A DNA stretch of 64,000 nt from a virus (IMGVR_UViG_3300033072_000181:9712-73711), one strand, 5' to 3'; positions 1 to 10,332 are shown, numbered from the stretch's first letter. Program-made: numbers and translations. The notes: a model not told the origin generated them from the letters alone.

Positions 1-338
1 GGTAGTAAATATGATGATAACCTAATTGGTATTAAGAAATTAGCTTACAGAAATCAAACTACAATTCAACGATTCTTATTTAGCGATGATGGTAATGAAC
101 TAATAGGTTGTGTTCAAAATTTATCCGGGCATAGTGATTATTTCAGTAGATTAAACAAAAAGGGTAATATTATTAATTTACCTAGAAATAAGTTTTTGCT
201 ATTTCGAGCAGGACAACATAACGGTAATCCATTAGGTAAATCTCCTTTAATCAATGCTTATACCGCTTGGCGTTTCCTAACTGAGCTAGAGAAGATTGAA
301 GCGATGGGTGTATCTAAGGATTTAAATGGTCTTCCCGT
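1..338 (+). CDS. Portal protein, exon 1 (5'-partial; runs off the window)
   Basis: Frame 1 is open from base 1 (GSKYDDNLIGIKKLAYRNQ...GNPLGKSPLINAYTAWRFLTELEKIEAMGVSKDLNGLPV). This resembles DUF935/Mu gp29-type portals. The frame is interrupted by a group I intron after T338. Confidence 0.85.
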
Positions 339-1318
339 TAGATATAGCGGCTTTAATAAGTAATTATTATCGAAAAACTCATTTAATTCAGGGAAACCCC
401 TAACGTAAAGACGAGGGCAATCCTGAGCTAAGACACAATCATGTACATCCGAATTCAGTAGGAGGTAACATGATAGAAATAAAGAAAATTGAAGGTACAA
501 AATATAGTATTTCATCTGATGGAATTTTAATTGGACCAAAAAGTGTTGTAAAGCCAAATATTAAAAGTACAGGTTATTGTGAGGTTTGTATATACTCCGG
601 TAAAACTAGAAAATATTGGAGGTTACATCGTCTTGTTGCAACAATTTTTATTCCAAATCCAGAGAATAAACCATTTGTAAATCATATTGATGGAAACAAG
701 TTAAATAACGCTGTAAACAATTTAGAGTGGGTTACTCATCAAGAGAATATGAACCACGCTAAAGAAACAGGACTTGTTCTTAGTTTAGAAAATAATCCTA
801 GAGCCACTTTTAATAACGAACAAATACATGAAGTTTGTAGGTTACTAGAGCAGGGTTATAGGAATTGTGATTTAGCAGATATTTTCGGAGTTGAAAAACA
901 CATTATTAGTTCAATAAGGTACGGTCTTACTTTTTCAGGTATATCTAAAAATTATAAAATACCAAAAAGAAGTTTAACGCACAGTGCTGAAACTATTGAA
1001 TGGTTATGTGAAAGAATAGAGGAAGGTCTTACCCAAGGTGAGATACTGAAACTTACAACAAATCCAAAAATAAATAAATGGTTAATTCAAGATTTACGAC
1101 AAAAACGAGCTTATACTGATATTTGCAACAAGTATAATTTCTAAATAATTTGTACATGATTGTGTAAAGTGCAACGACTATCCCGGAAGGGAGTAGGGTC
1201 AAGTGACCCGAAATGGTGAGGTTCCTTAGTGGAACGTGATATAGTCTGATCTTAGTGGAAACATTAAGCAGCTTGAATAAAGCGGGTATAGCTTAACGAA
1301 CTATACTGAACAACAATG
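339..1318 (+). mobile_element. Group I intron (phage IA2-like) with internal HNH ORF, in the portal gene
   Basis: P1 hairpin CCGT|TA-GATA-TAGCGG with U338-G347 wobble; core GGGAAACCCC...GGGCAATCCTGAGCTAAG; P7 elements GCAACGACTA and GATATAGTC; terminal G1318. Joining 338 to 1319 restores the frame GLPV-LSIPAQYMSSE. Confidence 0.92.
470..1144 (+). CDS. Intron-encoded HNH homing endonuclease with C-terminal HTH-like domains
   Basis: HRLVA...VNHIDGNKLNNAVNNLEWVTHQENMNHA HNH motif; SD GGAGG; flanked by a perfect 15-bp inverted repeat (433-447 / 1151-1165). Confidence 0.92.
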   Translation: MIEIKKIEGTKYSISSDGILIGPKSVVKPNIKSTGYCEVCIYSGKTRKYWRLHRLVATIFIPNPENKPFVNHIDGNKLNNAVNNLEWVTHQENMNHAKETGLVLSLENNPRATFNNEQIHEVCRLLEQGYRNCDLADIFGVEKHIISSIRYGLTFSGISKNYKIPKRSLTHSAETIEWLCERIEEGLTQGEILKLTTNPKINKWLIQDLRQKRAYTDICNKYNF

Positions 1319-2033
1319 ATTATCTATCCCAGCACAGTATATGTCGTCTGAAGCTACACCGGCACAAAAAGAAATTTATAATTATTACATGCGTGTATTA
1401 AATAACATGCAAGCTGGTGTTCAGGCAGGTATGATCCTACCTAGTGCTACTGATCCTGAAACTAGACAGCCGCTATTTAAGCTAGATTTATTATCTGCTG
1501 ATGGTAAGAAGAATTTTAATACTACTGATATCAAAAAGTATTACCGTGATGCTATTCACATTGCTTTATTTGCTGATTTACTAATCTTAGGTACAAGCAA
1601 TACAGGAAGTTATAATCTAGCTAGTACTAAACAAACATTAATGGGAGCTTTCGTTGAACAATTCCTAACTATGGTCAAGAATGTAATCAATAAAGAATTA
1701 ATTGAACACATCTATGATCTAAATTCTTGGGATAAATCTAGAGCTTGTAAATTAGATTTTGATAGTTCAGCAGAAATCAGTCTAGAAGAATTAAGTAAGT
1801 ATGTACAGCGTAGTGCTAGTGTTGGCTTCTTAACTAAAGACCTAGACACTATCAATATCATTCGTAGTGCTATGGGTGTTGATCCATTAACTGATGAGGA
1901 TAACTGGCAAGAACTACTTAGTGATAATACCTCTAGAGCATCTGATGGTATGGCTAAGGGAAGCGGTAATGGTACTAGTGATTCTGTAGCTGGAACTGAT
2001 AACTCAAGTTCTAATCTAGATAATAACGCATAA
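1319..2033 (+). CDS. Portal protein, exon 2
   Basis: Continues exon 1 in frame after splicing; ...DLLILGTSNTGSYNLA...VINKELIEHIYDLNSW portal-like C-terminal half. Confidence 0.85.
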
Positions 2034-2106
2034 CGCATGATATTATAGCGTAACATAAATAGAGGGTTAGTTTAGATACTGATCCTCTAACTAATTGGAA
2101 AAATAT

Positions 2107-3297
2107 ATGGCTCAATTAACTCTAGACAATGGTTCTTCATTTGGTGTTCAGCGTCAGAAAATCAACGATAATTTTGCAGAATTATATACAGCGGTAAATG
2201 CCAGTATCAATACTAATACTGAACAAACATTAGGTAATAAGACATTAACAAATACAGGTGCTATTACATTTGATACTACACCTGCTGATACTACATTAGT
2301 TGCAGGTAAAACGGTATGGAATGATACAGATGGAACCGTAGACTTAGGATTAAAAGGTGCTACCGTAGCCTTACAGTTAGGTCAGACGCAAGTTCTAAGA
2401 GTAACTAATAAAGCAGGAAGTACTTTAGCGATTGGTGAAGTAGTATATATTAAAGGTTCTGTTGGTTCCAGATTAACCGTTGATCGTGCTGATGCTGATA
2501 CAGAAGCGTTATCAAGTAACACCATAGGTATCGTAGCTGAAAGTATTTTAAATAATTCAGATGGCTTTATTATCACTAGCGGTATTCTAAAAGGTTTAAA
2601 CACTTCTTCTTTTACCGAAGGTGCTGCTATTTATTTAAGTAGTACAACTGGTGCTTTTACTACAACTAAGCCTGTAGCTCCTGCACACGCTGTTTTCTTA
2701 GGTTTTGTAGTAAGATCACACGTTACTCTTGGCAGCATCTATATCAACGTAATTAACGGCAATGAACTTGACGAATTACATAATGTATTAATTACAAATG
2801 TACAAGATAAACAAGTATTAGCTTACGATTCCAATAGTTCAGTTTGGAAGAATGTAAGTAATCTAACATTATCTGATTTAGTAGTTAATCATCCAACAGC
2901 TACACCGTCTGGTACAAATTTTATCGGATTAACATATAACGGTTCTATTATCGGTAGTATCAGCCAGTCTAATACCAATGCTGTACTATTTAATACAACA
3001 TCCGATTATAGACTAAAACATGTAATTGGTAGTATTACTGATTCTGGTAATTTTATTGATTCACTAAAACCTAAAGTTTGGCTGTGGAAAAGTAACGGTC
3101 AATTAGATAGCGGCTTTATAGCACATGAAGCACAAGAAGTAGCAAAGAATTCCGTAACAGGGACAAAGGATGCTGTTGATTCTAACGGTAATCCAATTTA
3201 TCAAACTATGCAAGCATCTTCACCTGAAATCATAGCAAATATTGTAGCAGAATTACAATCACTAAGACTAAGGGTAAAAGAACTTGAAACTAAATAA
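2107..3297 (+). CDS. Fibre/spike-like virion protein with C-terminal peptidase S74 intramolecular chaperone
   Basis: N-terminal KINDNFAELY motif; beta-rich body; TTSDYRLK autocleavage motif; coiled-coil end (AELQSLRLRVKELE). Confidence 0.75.
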   Translation: MAQLTLDNGSSFGVQRQKINDNFAELYTAVNASINTNTEQTLGNKTLTNTGAITFDTTPADTTLVAGKTVWNDTDGTVDLGLKGATVALQLGQTQVLRVTNKAGSTLAIGEVVYIKGSVGSRLTVDRADADTEALSSNTIGIVAESILNNSDGFIITSGILKGLNTSSFTEGAAIYLSSTTGAFTTTKPVAPAHAVFLGFVVRSHVTLGSIYINVINGNELDELHNVLITNVQDKQVLAYDSNSSVWKNVSNLTLSDLVVNHPTATPSGTNFIGLTYNGSIIGSISQSNTNAVLFNTTSDYRLKHVIGSITDSGNFIDSLKPKVWLWKSNGQLDSGFIAHEAQEVAKNSVTGTKDAVDSNGNPIYQTMQASSPEIIANIVAELQSLRLRVKELETK

Positions 3298-3306
3298 GGA
3301 GCAATT

Positions 3307-3468
3307 ATGCAAAATCAAGCAATCGTTTTAAATCTAACTCTAGAGACTGTACAGTTAATTTTAGCAGGTCTTAATCAGCTACCACATGGTCAAGTATCTG
3401 AACTGTTTGCTGACATTAAAAATCAAACAGTAATGCAGCTAGCCAAAACAGAAGAAAAGCCTGAATGA
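3307..3468 (+). CDS. Small 53-aa protein (not in the ORF track)
   Basis: SD AGGAG; MQNQAIVLNLTLETVQLILAGLNQLPHGQVSELFADIKNQ...; this type of small protein commonly follows fibre genes; its stop overlaps the next ATG. Confidence 0.7.
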   Translation: MQNQAIVLNLTLETVQLILAGLNQLPHGQVSELFADIKNQTVMQLAKTEEKPE

Positions 3469-3740
3469 TTACATACTTAGCTATTGTATTAGTTATACTG
3501 CAAATACTTGACGCTTTGACTACAATTAAAGTTATCAAACAACATAATGGTACTGAAGCTAATAAAGTACTTGCATATATTTTTGATAAGATTGGTTTAA
3601 TTTCTGGTTTAATCTTAATTAAAGGTATTACTATTTATTGTATTTATCTTTTATTTGTAACTAATCAACTTATTGTACTAATCGTTCTTTTTGCACTATA
3701 CGCTTGGGTTGTTTATCACAACTATAAACAAATGAAATAA
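3465..3740 (+). CDS. Small membrane protein (DUF5658-like)
   Basis: About three hydrophobic segments; LDALTT...GTEANK motif. Confidence 0.6.
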   Translation: MITYLAIVLVILQILDALTTIKVIKQHNGTEANKVLAYIFDKIGLISGLILIKGITIYCIYLLFVTNQLIVLIVLFALYAWVVYHNYKQMK

Positions 3741-3775
3741 CAGGAATAGGAATAAGGTAATATTAGGAAACTAGC

Positions 3776-3810
3776 ATTACTTTATTTCTATCTTTTTGTA
3801 TGTTATAATA
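3776..3810 (+). promoter_or_regulatory. Phage-class promoter ATTACTTT-N20-TATAATA (copy 1)
   Basis: Identical boxes and spacing at five intergenic sites. Confidence 0.75.
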
Positions 3811-3845
3811 CCAAGTCGAATACATCAGCTTACAGGAAATGGATT

Positions 3846-4190
3846 ATGCAAGAATTTACTGCTGATGCAGGTACATTAGCTACTGGTTTAATTGGTGGTT
3901 TATTCTTACTTGGGGCATTGCTATCTAAGTTTAGAACCATTTGGACTAGAGACAGTGCTGATGTAGCTGTAAATAATGCACAAGTTGTAGTTGTTGAAAT
4001 GCTCAGGGATGAAAATAAACGACTACACGAACAAGTACAACAATTACAACAAGAGGTAGCTAAACTTCAAATGATCGTTAGTAATCTAACAACAAAACTC
4101 ACACAATTTGAAATAACTAAAGATCAACAATCACAGTTAGATCAATTAGCGCGAGAAGGCAAGTTAGATCGTAGGATTAAAAGAAATTAA
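3846..4190 (+). CDS. Single-TM coiled-coil protein (holin/antiholin-like)
   Basis: N-terminal hydrophobic helix followed by heptad coiled coil. Confidence 0.45.
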   Translation: MQEFTADAGTLATGLIGGLFLLGALLSKFRTIWTRDSADVAVNNAQVVVVEMLRDENKRLHEQVQQLQQEVAKLQMIVSNLTTKLTQFEITKDQQSQLDQLAREGKLDRRIKRN

Positions 4191-4200
4191 AGGATAAAAT

Positions 4201-6726
4201 ATGTCAATATTAGAAGGTTTAAAAGAAGGTACTACTGGTACTCTTTTACCTATTCAGGTAGATGAGCAAGGAAGGCTCGTACTAGGTAATGCTGGTGTTG
4301 TAAATCAAGCTATTCCTGATACAGAAGATGCTGTAGCTTTAGCTGCACAGTGGGAAAACTTCACTGGTGTAGATTTTGCTAACGGTGATTTTGTAACATC
4401 TGTTCCCGGCTTAAATGGTCAAGCAATTACTGTATTATCGGGTTCTCCATTAGCTCCCGGTGAATCATACGTTACAAATAAAAACTTAGCTGTATATCAA
4501 CCGTGTTCGATGGAATTTGCGGGTAGCTTTGTTCGTACTGGTATTAGCTTTGCTACTGCTAGTCTATTTGCTAATTCTGCTAGTGGCCCTGATCCGGTTC
4601 CATCAGCAATTAATATTACAAACATTTCACAATCAAGTGCTGTACTTGGTGCAACTTATAATGCAACAGCAGGTACTGTTGTACGTATTGATCTAGAAAC
4701 TGCATTACCCTCTGTAGGTACTAATTCTGCTGTGTATGTTGGTGATTGGATCAATATTACTGGCGTAGTTGATAACCGTTTAAATTATCCTAATGCTTGT
4801 ATTAACTACATTAGTCCTGATCGTAAGGTAATTTGTGTAGGTTTCAGTGATGAAGCTGCACTACCATCTTTAGCTATTCCTAACATTACACCTACTCTTG
4901 GTACAGCTAAGGTTAATTTTTATAACAATATGTCCGGTGCTAGAAATGGTATTGGATTAAGATTTACTGGTACTACTAGTACATCAGCCGCTATTGTTAG
5001 TATCTTCGGTGGTGATGATAATCAAGTATCTGGTACATTACTAGGTGACCATAGAGTAAGTATTTCTAGTAGTGCTGTAAACTATGTACTTGGTGCTAGT
5101 GCTGCTTGGGGTCAGTACGAGCTACGTCCATCTAGCCGTTACTTAATCGACTGTTATCCGCACGCTTCTGTTGTTCTAGATAAAGCTGAACAGACTCAGA
5201 CTCAATGGACACCAAGAGACACACCACGTACTTCTGTTAAACCTAGTACTGAATCTGCTTTATATCCTCGTTTCCGTCTATATAAACCTGTTTCAATGTC
5301 TCGACCTGTTGCTAAGATTGTTAAGGCTGAGAAATTAACAGCAAGTACAACTGCTACTATTTATACAGATGTTCCTCATGGACTAACTACTGGTAATTAC
5401 GTAACAATCAAGGGTGTTAGAGATTATGCTACTAACTTCCCAATGTTATCTACACCTACGGCTGTAACTGTAGTTAATGATACTACCTTTACTGTATCGT
5501 TTGGTGCTGCTGCTATTGCTACTAGTTATGGCGGTTCTGTTATCATTGCTAACGGTGGTAAAGATCAACCAGGTATTATTACACAGACTATCCAATCAGT
5601 ACAATCAAGAGTAGCTGCTGATACAAACTGGTTAGATGTTGTTGGTTCTGCTTCTTGGTCTGGTGTTAATCCGGGCGACTACATCAATCTACACGGTGTT
5701 CGTGAATCTGTAGCTGGTGCCGATGTTGGTGTTGATGGTGTATGGGAAGTTGCACATATCAGTACTACAACTATGGTTCTAAAACCTGTATTTGATATTG
5801 CTAATAATAGAGTTTCACCTGCGCTTGGTACATTAGGTTTAACAAACTGTGGTGGCGCTGTAATTCTTCGTCCTACCCTACGCTCACACGATCTTTCTGT
5901 ATCTAGTCTCACTGATAATATTACAGGTATTCGTGGTCAAGGTACTACTCGTTCTGATCTTGCTGTACCTACTTATTCTGCTGGTGGGTCTGTTTTAGCT
6001 GTACAAAGTACTGCTGCTAGTTTATCAACAACAACTGGTTTAGGTGGTTGGTATGTTCATCCAGCTATTACTGGTATTGCTGATATTGCATCTGCCGCTT
6101 TAACTTCGACCAGTACAGGTACAGCTATTTCTAATAACTTAGGTAATGGTTTCCAAGTAACGATTCCTGTAACTGCTGTAAGTGGTACTACACCTACACT
6201 TGACGTAAGAATTGAAGAATCATTTGATGGCGGTACGAACTGGGTAACATTGTATGAGTTCCAGCGTATTACAGCAACAGGTTCTTATAACAGTCCCATT
6301 CTACGTGCTAGTGGCAGACACATCAGATATATTCGTACAGTAGCAGGGACTACGCCAAGTTTTACACACGCTGTTACAAGAAATATCTTACCGTTTTTAC
6401 CGAGCGAACCGCAAAAGCGTATTGTTGATCGTACCGTAGTACCTAATACATTAAACAGTGTAACACCTGTTTTATTCCAAGGTGCTGCTAACAATGTACA
6501 GCTAGTTGTAAATATGGGAGCTATTACTACTACAGCCCCGGCTTTCCAAGTAGAAGGTTCTGAAGATGCTATCAACTGGTACGCTATTGGTACTCCTTTA
6601 ACAGCAGTAGCCAGTAGTACTGTTGAAGCTACTATTAATAAATCAGCAACGTATGTTAGAGCTAGAGTTAGTACAGCGGGTTCTGGTGCTACATTAGGTT
6701 ATGTTGCATTAAAGGCTTGGAGTTAA
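4201..6726 (+). CDS. Large beta-rich virion protein (head/neck fibre or carbohydrate-binding appendage)
   Basis: 841 aa, T/S/G/A/V-rich; two C-terminal jelly-roll-like repeats (IEESFDGGTNW; VEGSEDAINW); lies in the structural operon. Confidence 0.55.
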   Translation: MSILEGLKEGTTGTLLPIQVDEQGRLVLGNAGVVNQAIPDTEDAVALAAQWENFTGVDFANGDFVTSVPGLNGQAITVLSGSPLAPGESYVTNKNLAVYQPCSMEFAGSFVRTGISFATASLFANSASGPDPVPSAINITNISQSSAVLGATYNATAGTVVRIDLETALPSVGTNSAVYVGDWINITGVVDNRLNYPNACINYISPDRKVICVGFSDEAALPSLAIPNITPTLGTAKVNFYNNMSGARNGIGLRFTGTTSTSAAIVSIFGGDDNQVSGTLLGDHRVSISSSAVNYVLGASAAWGQYELRPSSRYLIDCYPHASVVLDKAEQTQTQWTPRDTPRTSVKPSTESALYPRFRLYKPVSMSRPVAKIVKAEKLTASTTATIYTDVPHGLTTGNYVTIKGVRDYATNFPMLSTPTAVTVVNDTTFTVSFGAAAIATSYGGSVIIANGGKDQPGIITQTIQSVQSRVAADTNWLDVVGSASWSGVNPGDYINLHGVRESVAGADVGVDGVWEVAHISTTTMVLKPVFDIANNRVSPALGTLGLTNCGGAVILRPTLRSHDLSVSSLTDNITGIRGQGTTRSDLAVPTYSAGGSVLAVQSTAASLSTTTGLGGWYVHPAITGIADIASAALTSTSTGTAISNNLGNGFQVTIPVTAVSGTTPTLDVRIEESFDGGTNWVTLYEFQRITATGSYNSPILRASGRHIRYIRTVAGTTPSFTHAVTRNILPFLPSEPQKRIVDRTVVPNTLNSVTPVLFQGAANNVQLVVNMGAITTTAPAFQVEGSEDAINWYAIGTPLTAVASSTVEATINKSATYVRARVSTAGSGATLGYVALKAWS

Positions 6727-6727
6727 T

Positions 6728-6856
6728 ATGTTATTAAAAACTGGTGAATGTTTCTTCCGTGATGAAAATGGTAACTTATTTGTAGCTGAGTCTTTTATTG
6801 ATTCTAAAGGTGTTGTTACAACAGAAGTTACCCCTGTTTTAGAAGAAGTAGCTTAA
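6728..6856 (+). CDS. Small 42-aa protein (not in the ORF track)
   Basis: MLLKTGECFFRDENGNLFVAESFIDSKGVVTTEVTPVLEEVA; starts 1 nt after the upstream stop. Confidence 0.6.
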   Translation: MLLKTGECFFRDENGNLFVAESFIDSKGVVTTEVTPVLEEVA

Positions 6857-6905
6857 TTTATTATTTAATGGTTACTCGTTATTAATTTAGCGGGTAACTA
6901 TTAAT

Positions 6906-6940
6906 ATTACTTTGCTATTTTAAATCTATATGTTATAATA
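6906..6940 (+). promoter_or_regulatory. Phage-class promoter ATTACTTT-N20-TATAATA (copy 2), head operon
   Basis: Exact motif and spacing, upstream of SD GAGG and ATG 6964. Confidence 0.75.
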
Positions 6941-6963
6941 GTAACAAATTACACAGAGGTAAT

Positions 6964-7347
6964 ATGAAAACTTTACAAATTCGTAAATCTCTGAATGAAG
7001 AATTAATGCAAGCTACCTTTGTAGTAATGGTTCCAGATGAACCTGACGTACATGGCGATATTACATCACTTGAAGAAGTACGCAAGGCTTGTTTTAATTA
7101 TAATAAATTTTGCATGAAAGCTAATCTATTTCATATAACACAAACAGATACATTTGAGATTGCAGAAAGTTATATAGCGCCTGTTGATTTCGTGTTAAAT
7201 GAGCGCGTGGTAAAAGCTGGTACATGGCTTACTACTATTCAATGCAAAGATTCAGATTTATGGGAACTGATTAAATCAGGAGATATTAATGGAGTATCTA
7301 TTGGTGCTTTAGCTACAGTAGAAACATTAGAAGAGGATGATGAATGA
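6964..7347 (+). CDS. XkdF-like putative prohead protease
   Basis: VMVPDEPDVHGD...KAGTWL...GDINGVSIGA pattern typical of XkdF-family proteins; head-module position. Confidence 0.75.
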   Translation: MKTLQIRKSLNEELMQATFVVMVPDEPDVHGDITSLEEVRKACFNYNKFCMKANLFHITQTDTFEIAESYIAPVDFVLNERVVKAGTWLTTIQCKDSDLWELIKSGDINGVSIGALATVETLEEDDE

Positions 7348-8390
7348 CACAACAAGTTAAAACTCGCAAAGCGAAACGTAACCTAAAAGATATTAATTTT
7401 GAAGGCGATAAGTCGCATATTGCTTTAGTTACTGCTGAAGGTAACGGTGGCCCTGCTAACGGAGAACCAGACGCTTTAATTCTTAAGGCTAATCGTTCAG
7501 AAGAGTTTCTACAGAAAGCTAGCCAAGTTTCCGTAACCTTAGAAATTACTGAGTATCTACGTAGATTCTATGGTCTTTGGTATGATGATGCTGAAGTCCT
7601 AGCTAGAGCATTAGGTTTTACTACTGCTCAAATGGATGAAGAAGCTGCTGATGCTATCGAAGAAGCTGCCGTAGCTGCTGCTGGTATTACTGAAGATGAT
7701 TGCTGCGATTATCAGTCTTGGATTGAACAACGAGTACAGAGTATTTCTATTATGAAATCTGTATTTGAAGCTGATAATAAGATTGAAGCTCTAGCTAATC
7801 TAACAGAAGAACAGTATTTAAGTCTATTACAAGATCAAGAAATTGTAGAAAAAGCAGTACTTGATATTGAAAAAGGATGTGGTAAGAAACCTAATCCTAA
7901 AGCAGAATCAGATGATGTAGCTAGTGCTACAGATTCAGATACCTCAACAATCGTCGACGTTGAGAAATCAGTTGAGGCTTCTGCCTCTGTTAATACTGTA
8001 GTTACTAAGCCGGAAGAACAGGTTGAAGTAATTAAAGCTAAATTTGAAGTTATCGAAAAGGCATTTAACGAACAAAAAGTGCAATTAGAAAAAGCACAAA
8101 AGGTTATTGCTGAATACGAAGCTGCACAAAAAGCTGCAATTATTAAATCTCGTAAAGCTGCACTCTTTAACGCTGTTAAGGATAATGAACGTACTGAAGT
8201 CTTATTTAAAGCGGTTGGTCTAATCGAAGATCAAGCTACCTTTGATGAAGTCGTTAAGTCATTAGCTGAAATGCAAGCTGTTGTTGATAGTTCTGATCTA
8301 TTTATTGAAAAAGGTGCAGAACTAGAAGAAGAACAACCTAAAGTTAAAACTGCGGCTGAAATTCTAAAAGCTCGTCTAACAAATAAGTAA
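7344..8390 (+). CDS. Capsid scaffold/assembly protein
   Basis: Acidic, coiled-coil-rich; lies between protease and decoration/capsid genes. Confidence 0.7.
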   Translation: MTQQVKTRKAKRNLKDINFEGDKSHIALVTAEGNGGPANGEPDALILKANRSEEFLQKASQVSVTLEITEYLRRFYGLWYDDAEVLARALGFTTAQMDEEAADAIEEAAVAAAGITEDDCCDYQSWIEQRVQSISIMKSVFEADNKIEALANLTEEQYLSLLQDQEIVEKAVLDIEKGCGKKPNPKAESDDVASATDSDTSTIVDVEKSVEASASVNTVVTKPEEQVEVIKAKFEVIEKAFNEQKVQLEKAQKVIAEYEAAQKAAIIKSRKAALFNAVKDNERTEVLFKAVGLIEDQATFDEVVKSLAEMQAVVDSSDLFIEKGAELEEEQPKVKTAAEILKARLTNK

Positions 8391-8411
8391 TTTTAATAAA
8401 GGAAATATACA

Positions 8412-8804
8412 ATGATTATTGCAACTGAACTCCAAAAGCTAGGCAACTGGCTAAAAGCTGAAACTTTTGCTGACTATGGTTATGGTCGTGTAGAAGTTAC
8501 CGTAAATGACTCTGCTCAAACTCTTGCTACTGGTACTGTTCTAGGCAAGGTTACTGCTACTGGTAAGTATAAGGTTTGTACTGCCGCTGCTGCTGATGGC
8601 TCACAAAATGCTGCCGCTATCGTTATTACCGCTAAGACTATTGCTGGGGCTACTGATACTAAGGTTCTAGCTCTAGTTAAAGGCCCTGCCGTTGTTGCTA
8701 AGGGTGGTTTAGTTCTAGCTGCTGACATTGATACCGCACCGGAAAAGCTAGCTGTTTATACAGCACTTGAAGCTCTAGGTATCGTAGCTCTAGATTCTAT
8801 CTAA
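8412..8804 (+). CDS. Head decoration protein (lambda gpD-like)
   Basis: GTVLGKVTATGKY...ADGSQNAAAI motif; immediately upstream of the capsid gene. Confidence 0.85.
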   Translation: MIIATELQKLGNWLKAETFADYGYGRVEVTVNDSAQTLATGTVLGKVTATGKYKVCTAAAADGSQNAAAIVITAKTIAGATDTKVLALVKGPAVVAKGGLVLAADIDTAPEKLAVYTALEALGIVALDSI

Positions 8805-8827
8805 TTTTATAACAAGGACAATAATAA

Positions 8828-9844
8828 ATGATTACTCGTTCATTTGGTAATAACTTTGAAGTTCAAGATTATACTCAGGAAATTAAACTAGTTCCTAATT
8901 CTTGGACTCTTCTAGGTGATTCTGGCTTATTCGCACCTGAATATCTTAGCACTACTTCTGTATCTTTCCAAGAACAAAATGGTTCCCTTGGTCTAGTTGC
9001 TGATGCTCCGCGTGGCGCTCGTCCTCAAGCTGCTAATGACGTTGTACGTAAGCTACATTCTTACAGCATTCCGTTCTTCCCGATTGTTGATCGTATTCAA
9101 CCGCAAGACCTTCAGAATAAGTCTGCTTATGCTGATCTATCTGCTGCTGATACCGAAGCTGCTCAACTAGAACGTAAGATGCTAAAGATTCGCAAGTCTT
9201 ACAATGTTACTCAAGAAGTTGCTCGTTTCCAGACTCTAACTACTGGTCAAGCCTACGCTCCTAACGGTACTATTGTTGCTGACTTCTATTCTGATTTCGG
9301 TATCACTAAGCAAACCGTTGATTTCGTTCTAGGTACTGCTAATACTGATATTGTTGCTAAGTGTGAAGCTGTTATTTCTTCACTACAAGATAACTGTTTT
9401 ACCGATAGCGTTATCACTGGTGTTACTTGCTATGCTTCTCCTGAATTCTTCGCTAAACTAATTAGTCATGCTAAGGTTGTAGCTGCATATCAATACTACT
9501 CCAGCACACAAGAGCCGCTACGTCAGCGTGTTGGTGGTCAAGGTCTATATCGTCAGTTCGTATATGGCGGCATCACCTTCATTGAAGTACGTACTGTTCT
9601 AGCTGGTCAGCGTCTAATTGCCGCTAATGCTGCTGTATTCGTTCCGAACGGTGTTGATGAAGCCTTCGTTACTTACTTCGCTCCTGCTAACCGTATGAGC
9701 CTTGTTGGGACACAAGCCGAAGAACTTTATATGTTCACTTTCCCTGATCCTAAGGGTCTAGGTATTGATATTGAAGCTGAAGCTAGTTTCCTCAACGTAC
9801 TACGCCGTCCGGCACTAGTTATTGGTGGTACTACTTCTAACTAA
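8828..9844 (+). CDS. Major capsid protein (lambda gpE-like family)
   Basis: 338 aa; SFQEQNGSLGLVADAPRG, TYFAPAN, AEASFLNVLRRPALV motifs; highly biased codons; followed by a UUCG terminator. Confidence 0.92.
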   Translation: MITRSFGNNFEVQDYTQEIKLVPNSWTLLGDSGLFAPEYLSTTSVSFQEQNGSLGLVADAPRGARPQAANDVVRKLHSYSIPFFPIVDRIQPQDLQNKSAYADLSAADTEAAQLERKMLKIRKSYNVTQEVARFQTLTTGQAYAPNGTIVADFYSDFGITKQTVDFVLGTANTDIVAKCEAVISSLQDNCFTDSVITGVTCYASPEFFAKLISHAKVVAAYQYYSSTQEPLRQRVGGQGLYRQFVYGGITFIEVRTVLAGQRLIAANAAVFVPNGVDEAFVTYFAPANRMSLVGTQAEELYMFTFPDPKGLGIDIEAEASFLNVLRRPALVIGGTTSN

Positions 9845-9859
9845 TAGTTAGTTAAACTG

Positions 9860-9890
9860 AAGGTAGGGGCTTCGGCCTCTGCCTTTTATT
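9860..9890 (+). terminator. Rho-independent terminator after capsid gene
   Basis: AAGGTAGGGGC-TTCG-GCCTCTGCCTT followed by T-rich tail. Confidence 0.85.
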
Positions 9891-9953
9891 TTAATAGTAT
9901 TAGCAATAGTATTATTAACATAAAATAAAACAAATAAAGGTAAAAGGATAATT

Positions 9954-10325
9954 ATGCTAACTGAAATTGAAAAAGTAAGAATTGAAGTTCAAGATAATGA
10001 AACCAATTTCTTTATTTTATCTGACGAAGAAATCCAATATATTCTAGATAAGAATTATGGTAGTATTTCTTTAGCTAGTATTGATGCTGCAAGAATTATT
10101 CTGTTTAAGTTATCTCAACAAGGTGATGAATCAGTTTCTATCTTTAGTATTAGAGGAAGTAAATCAGCAGAACAATACAGAGAAGCATTAAAACTATATC
10201 TAAACAATTCTGCATTAAATCCTAATTATAGTTTAGCTAGTGCTTATGCTGCCGGTATTACAAAGAGTGATATGCTTCTTTATTCTTCAGACTTAGATAG
10301 TACAATCCGTAGCTTTGATTTCTGA
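9954..10325 (+). CDS. Head-tail connector/adaptor
   Basis: FFILSDEEIQYILD motif; position after the capsid gene. Confidence 0.65.
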   Translation: MLTEIEKVRIEVQDNETNFFILSDEEIQYILDKNYGSISLASIDAARIILFKLSQQGDESVSIFSIRGSKSAEQYREALKLYLNNSALNPNYSLASAYAAGITKSDMLLYSSDLDSTIRSFDF

Positions 10326-10332
10326 GGTCAAT

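Noticed and set aside
258-557. Minus-strand 99-aa ORF
   Set aside because: Antisense to the portal exon, intron core and HNH start; no SD or recognisable motif.
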